Below are positions 21,764-25,557 of a stretch of 25,557 nucleotides of DNA, in pieces. Under the pieces are notes generated by a model. That model saw nothing but the letters and a program-made list of their open reading frames with translations, was not told the origin of the DNA and made no database searches. Source of the DNA: a virus (Duplodnaviria; Caudoviricetes). The DNA is taken from the IMG/VR virus record IMGVR_UViG_3300045280_000043, positions 1-25,557 of that record; one strand, 5' to 3'. Made by a program: the position numbers and the translations under genes. Position 1 is the stretch's first letter. The number at the start of each line of letters is the position of its first letter.

Positions 21764-22678
21764 GTGGCAACCCTGACCACGAGCGACGTCACCCTGCCCA
21801 CGCAGATCGTGGACGGGATCGTCACGAAGACCAAGACCGGATCGACCATCGCAGCGCTGTCGGGCCAGGAGCCCATGCGGTTCGGTGACGTCACGATCGT
21901 GACGTTCGACGACGACCTGACTGCGGAGTTCGTCGAGCAGGGCGGGGCGAAGTCCGAGGACGACGCCAAGCCGTCGAGCGTGGTCGCGAGCCCGCACAAG
22001 GCCGTCGTGAACTTCCGCACCAGCGACGAGTTCCTGATCGCCGACGAGGACTACCAGCTCAAGATCCTGGACGAGTTCGAGGACAAGTGCGCGCTCGCCC
22101 TGGCCCGCGGCCTGGACCTGGGTGCGTACTTCCGGATCAACCCGCGCACGGGCACCGCGATCACCTCGTGGACCAACTACCTCAACGCGACCACGAACCG
22201 CGTCGAGATCACCGCCGACTCCAAGCCGGACCTCGACTTCGAGGCCGCCGCGGGTCTGGTCATCGGCGACGGGTACCGCCCGACCGGTGCGGCGTTCGAC
22301 CCGTCCTACGCCTGGACCCTGTCGACCGCCCGCTACAACGACGGCCGCAAGAAGTACCCCGAGCTCGGCCTCGGGGTCGACCTGTCCGCGTTCGAGGGAC
22401 TGGCGGCCTCGGTGTCCAGCACCGTGTCCGGCAAGGCCAAGGACGGCGACGCGACCGACAACAAGGTCCGGGCGATCGTCGGGAACTACCAGCAGGGCAT
22501 CCGCTGGGGCGTGCAGCGCACGTTCCCGTTCCGGATGCTCGAGTACGGCGACCCGGACAACACCGGGCGCGACCTGGCCGGCCACAACGAGGTCCTGTTC
22601 CGTGCGGAGGTCATCTTCGCCTGGCACGTCTTCGTCGACCAGTTCGCGGTCATCGAGGACAAGGTGGCGAACGCCTGA
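21764..22678 (+). CDS. Major capsid protein (HK97 fold)
   Basis: GAGGAGG SD; AEFVEQGGAK, SDEFL, LARGLDLG, DLAGHNEVLFRAE; 304 aa, after scaffold. Confidence 0.92.
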   Translation: MATLTTSDVTLPTQIVDGIVTKTKTGSTIAALSGQEPMRFGDVTIVTFDDDLTAEFVEQGGAKSEDDAKPSSVVASPHKAVVNFRTSDEFLIADEDYQLKILDEFEDKCALALARGLDLGAYFRINPRTGTAITSWTNYLNATTNRVEITADSKPDLDFEAAAGLVIGDGYRPTGAAFDPSYAWTLSTARYNDGRKKYPELGLGVDLSAFEGLAASVSSTVSGKAKDGDATDNKVRAIVGNYQQGIRWGVQRTFPFRMLEYGDPDNTGRDLAGHNEVLFRAEVIFAWHVFVDQFAVIEDKVANA

Positions 22679-22968
22679 TGGTCCGCCTGATCGCGCCGAA
22701 CGGCGCCACCGTCAACGTCTCCGACGACAAGGCCAAGCGCCTGCTCGCGGGCAGCGGCTACAAGAAGCCGACCGCCCGCAAGAGCCCCGAGAAGACCGAC
22801 GGCACCTCGCCGCACAGCACGCTCAAGGTCGCGGACCTCAAGGCGGAGATCGCACGCCGCAACGAGGGCCGCGAGCCGGACGCCCTGCTGTCCGCCGAGG
22901 GCACCAAGCCCGAGCTCGTCGCGGTGCTCGACGCCGACGACGCGGCCACCGCCGGCTCCGGCGACTGA
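22678..22968 (+). CDS. Small virion-associated protein with SAP/HeH-like C-terminal domain
   Basis: TGATG coupling; LKVADLKAEIARR…GTKPELVAVL. Confidence 0.7.
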   Translation: MVRLIAPNGATVNVSDDKAKRLLAGSGYKKPTARKSPEKTDGTSPHSTLKVADLKAEIARRNEGREPDALLSAEGTKPELVAVLDADDAATAGSGD

Positions 22969-22983
22969 CAGGAGGCGGTGAGG

Positions 22984-23478
22984 ATGGGCAAGTTCATCAC
23001 CCCCGACGACCTCGTCCCGTTCGCGACCATCGGCCAGGCGAAGGCCGAGCAGATGATCGCGGACGCCGAGGCCCAGGCCATCCTCACCGCCCCCTGCATC
23101 CCCGAGTTGACCGTCGCACCGGCGGGCGAGCCCGACCCGGACAAGGCCGTGCGCGAGGCGAAGCTCGCCGCCGTCAAGGGCATCTTGCGTGGGGCGATCC
23201 TGCGCTGGAACGAGGCCGGCAGCGGGGCGATCCAGACGCAGATCGCAGGGCCGTTCTCCCAGACCACCCAGTACCAGGGCCGCCGGGCGATGTTCTGGCC
23301 GACCGAGATCACCGACCTGCAGAAGGTCTGCGCGACCGGCGAGAAGGCGAAGGCCTTCGTCGTCGACACCGCTCCGGCCGCAGGCGGGCACCCGCCGTGG
23401 TGCTCGCTGATGTTCGGCGGGGTGACGTGCTCCTGCGGCGTCAGCATCGCCCGCGAGCCCATCTACGAGCCCTGGTGA
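22984..23478 (+). CDS. Head-to-tail adaptor
   Basis: MIADAEAQAILTAPC…AILRW…QTQIAGPFSQT…MFWPTEITDLQ; position after capsid. Confidence 0.82.
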   Translation: MGKFITPDDLVPFATIGQAKAEQMIADAEAQAILTAPCIPELTVAPAGEPDPDKAVREAKLAAVKGILRGAILRWNEAGSGAIQTQIAGPFSQTTQYQGRRAMFWPTEITDLQKVCATGEKAKAFVVDTAPAAGGHPPWCSLMFGGVTCSCGVSIAREPIYEPW

Positions 23479-23813
23479 CCGCCATGGACTTCACCCCGCT
23501 GCCGGACTGGGCCGCCCCGCACACCGTGCGGATCCGCCCCTACCTCGGCCGCTCCTCCACCGGCCCGGTCTACGGCCCCGCACGCGACGTGCGGGCGTTC
23601 GCCATGGACGAGCGCAAGGTCGTGCGCGACCGCACCGGCGCCGAGGTCGTGTCCGAGGCCGAGGTCCACGTCGACTTCGACCAGGAGGTCCCGACCGACT
23701 CCCTGGTCACCGTGTGGCCCGGCACGGGCCACGAACGCGAAGCCCGGGTCATCACCACGTCCCGGCACCACCACCCGACGATCTGGTCGTACCAGACCCT
23801 CTCGCTGACGTAG
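23475..23813 (+). CDS. Head-to-tail stopper / head closure protein
   Basis: HTVRIRPYLG…GPVYG…KVVRDRTGAEVVS; GTGA coupling (alternative ATG 23484). Confidence 0.75.
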   Translation: MTAMDFTPLPDWAAPHTVRIRPYLGRSSTGPVYGPARDVRAFAMDERKVVRDRTGAEVVSEAEVHVDFDQEVPTDSLVTVWPGTGHEREARVITTSRHHHPTIWSYQTLSLT

Positions 23814-23821
23814 GGGGCGCT

Positions 23822-24172
23822 GTGGCCGACGACGTCCGGATCACCTGGAACGGGGCGCAGGCCAAGCAGCAGATCGGCCGCGGCGCCGCCCGCGGGGTCC
23901 GGCGCGCCGGACAGGACGTGCTCGACGCGTCCCTGCGCGTCGTCCCGCGCGAGGACGAGCAGCTCGCGGGGTCCGCCGCCCTCGACGTCGACGAGACCGA
24001 CCTGGTCGCGGCGGTCTCCTACGACACCCCCTACGCCGTGCGCCAGCACGAGGTCGTGCGCCTGCGCCACGACAAGGGCGAGAGCGCGAAGTACCTCGAG
24101 CGGCCGTGGCGGGCGTCGCGGCGCACGACAGCCGAGACGATCGCCGCCGAGATCCGCAAGGAGACGCAGTGA
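23822..24172 (+). CDS. HK97 gp10-like tail completion / neck protein
   Basis: VP…L…S; VSYDTPYAVRQHE…H…AKYLERP. Confidence 0.8.
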   Translation: MADDVRITWNGAQAKQQIGRGAARGVRRAGQDVLDASLRVVPREDEQLAGSAALDVDETDLVAAVSYDTPYAVRQHEVVRLRHDKGESAKYLERPWRASRRTTAETIAAEIRKETQ

Positions 24173-24606
24173 GCACCGTCCGGGTCCGCGACGTCCTGCG
24201 CGGCATCGCCGCCCACCTGACCGCCGCAGGGACCGGCGTCTGGGCCGGGCCCGACGAGGTCGTCACCGCGGACCAGACCCTCATCGCGCTCAAGCGGCTG
24301 CCCGAGTCACCGGACCGGGCCATCGCGATCAGCGTCTACGACCTCGACCTCGACGTCGAGCTCCCGAGCACCGGGGTCATGGTCCAGATCCTCACCCGCG
24401 CGCCCGGCCCGGCCGACGAGGTCGACGACCTCGCCGACGACGTCATCGACGCGATGCACGCCGTCCACCACGCCACCTGGGGCTCGCTGCGCGTCGCCAG
24501 GTGCGCGCACCAGTCGACCGCTCCGCTCGGCGCGGACGACAGCGGCCGTGAGGAGCGGTCGGACAACTTCCGCATCGTCACCCAACGCCCCGGAGGCACC
24601 CCGTGA
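24169..24606 (+). CDS. Tail terminator protein
   Basis: LPESPDRAIAISVY…VQILTR…PLGADDSGREERSDNF. Confidence 0.8.
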   Translation: MSTVRVRDVLRGIAAHLTAAGTGVWAGPDEVVTADQTLIALKRLPESPDRAIAISVYDLDLDVELPSTGVMVQILTRAPGPADEVDDLADDVIDAMHAVHHATWGSLRVARCAHQSTAPLGADDSGREERSDNFRIVTQRPGGTP

Positions 24607-24980
24607 AGGTCACGCACCCCGACCCCAGCTTCTCCGGTCCCGTCGTCATCGGGCCGCTCTCGCTCGACTTCCGCGCCGGCGCGGCGTCGACCGGCGACAT
24701 CAGCCCGGCGCTGCAGTCCTACCTGCAGGTCGCCGGCTACACCCTGACGGCCGACCCGGCCCCCGAGGCCCGCGCGTACCCCGACGGCCCGGTGACCGCC
24801 GACTGGACGGGCAAGCAGCTCGACGCCTACGCGGCCGAGCACGGCATCGACCTGGCGGGCGCGACCCGCAAGGCCGACAAGGTCGCGGCGATCGGCGCCG
24901 CGGCCTCGAGCACCGTCCCCGACGGCAGCACCGGCGCGGTCGTCGACCTCGCCACCAACCCGACCGACGACCCGGCCTGA
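24603..24980 (+). CDS. Hypothetical structural-region protein with HeH/LEM-like domain
   Basis: GGAGG SD, GTGA coupling; WTGKQLDAYAAEHGIDLAGATRKADKVAAI. Confidence 0.7.
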   Translation: MKVTHPDPSFSGPVVIGPLSLDFRAGAASTGDISPALQSYLQVAGYTLTADPAPEARAYPDGPVTADWTGKQLDAYAAEHGIDLAGATRKADKVAAIGAAASSTVPDGSTGAVVDLATNPTDDPA

Positions 24981-25000
24981 CCTGCCCCAGGAGGCACCTC

Positions 25001-25516
25001 ATGAGCGAGACCCCCGTCGAGACCGAGCTCGCGTTCTCCTACGAGTACGCGATCGACGTCAACCTCGGCACCAAGGCTGCCCCGGTGTGGCAGCAGATCC
25101 GCTTCGGCTCCGCCTACGACCCGCAGGCCACGCCCGTCACCCAGGACGGCGCGACCTACGACGACAAGGGCGCCCCGAACCAGAAGAAGACCTCGGAGTC
25201 GTGGACCCTCGCGGGGACGATCCAGGGCCACCGCCTGCCGACCTCGGGGCTTTTCCTGCCCGAGGTCGAGCGGATGCTCGAGCTCGCAGGCCCCGAGGCG
25301 GTCGGCAACGCCGCGACCGGGCACTTCCGCTGGTACGACAACCCCGCCGACGCCGTGCCGAACCCGAACGAGGCCTACGAGGGCGACGGCACCGTGCAGA
25401 TGAACCGGCAGAACACCGGCAACGACCAGATCAGCGGCTGGTCGTTCACCATCACCGGCCAGGGCCGCCGTCGCCGCCTCGCCACCAACCCGGCCGCCGA
25501 GGACGAGACGCCCTGA
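25001..25516 (+). CDS. Major tail (tube) protein
   Basis: AGGAGG SD; QDGATYD…KTSESWTL…FRWYD…AYEG…WSFTITGQG; position after the terminator. Confidence 0.85.
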   Translation: MSETPVETELAFSYEYAIDVNLGTKAAPVWQQIRFGSAYDPQATPVTQDGATYDDKGAPNQKKTSESWTLAGTIQGHRLPTSGLFLPEVERMLELAGPEAVGNAATGHFRWYDNPADAVPNPNEAYEGDGTVQMNRQNTGNDQISGWSFTITGQGRRRRLATNPAAEDETP

Positions 25517-25557
25517 CCCCCGCCCCCTGATCGCGCGCGGGGCCGGCACAGCCGGGT

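Larger units (their letters stand above)
842..25557. mobile_element. Temperate siphovirus-like prophage (left ~25 kb; extends beyond window)
   Basis: Ordered modules integrase/immunity, early/replication, HNH/terminase/portal/capsid/tail, starting immediately after the tadA breakpoint. Confidence 0.95.

Noticed and set aside
17025-25549. Many long minus-strand ORFs opposite the structural genes (e.g. 21209-22627, 17025-18245)
   Set aside because: Antisense shadows expected from high GC3 bias; no SD or motifs, unlike 4439-4636.
1-25557. tRNA/rRNA genes, reverse transcriptase/DGR, recognisable anti-phage defence operons
   Set aside because: None seen by eye; a tRNAscan/Infernal/DefenseFinder run would be needed to exclude them formally.

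Overview
Very GC-rich actinobacterial DNA (Micrococcales/Cellulomonas-like by gene content; inference). Bases 1-~841 are the 5' part of a chromosomal TadA/CpaF-type secretion ATPase gene (Rv3659c-like, Flp/Tad pilus cluster). It is cut inside its conserved His-box (…NTGHDGGCTTVHA|RNLGI*) by the left end of a siphovirus-type prophage that fills the rest of the window. The prophage has: a leftward large serine integrase–ImmA metalloprotease–XRE repressor operon; a compact divergent switch (two sigma-A-type promoters predicted to give leaderless mRNAs, and five phased 14-bp operators); a long translationally coupled early region (Cro-like HTH, DNA methyltransferase, DEDDh exonuclease, ASCH, VRR-NUC, a replication initiator with internal iterons, a Zn-ribbon/HTH regulator, many small hypotheticals); a late promoter plus terminator; and HNH, a putative cos region, terminases, portal, MuF-like protein, scaffold, capsid, head-tail connectors and major tail protein. 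The prophage continues past the window end. The top lead is a serine-integrase prophage that knocks out, potentially reversibly, the Tad pilus motor ATPase. Secondary leads are a nested antisense gene, a 588-codon read-through ORF overlapping the replication gene, and repeated 15-nt gene-boundary sequences. All product calls come from motif recognition by eye; no database searches were run.
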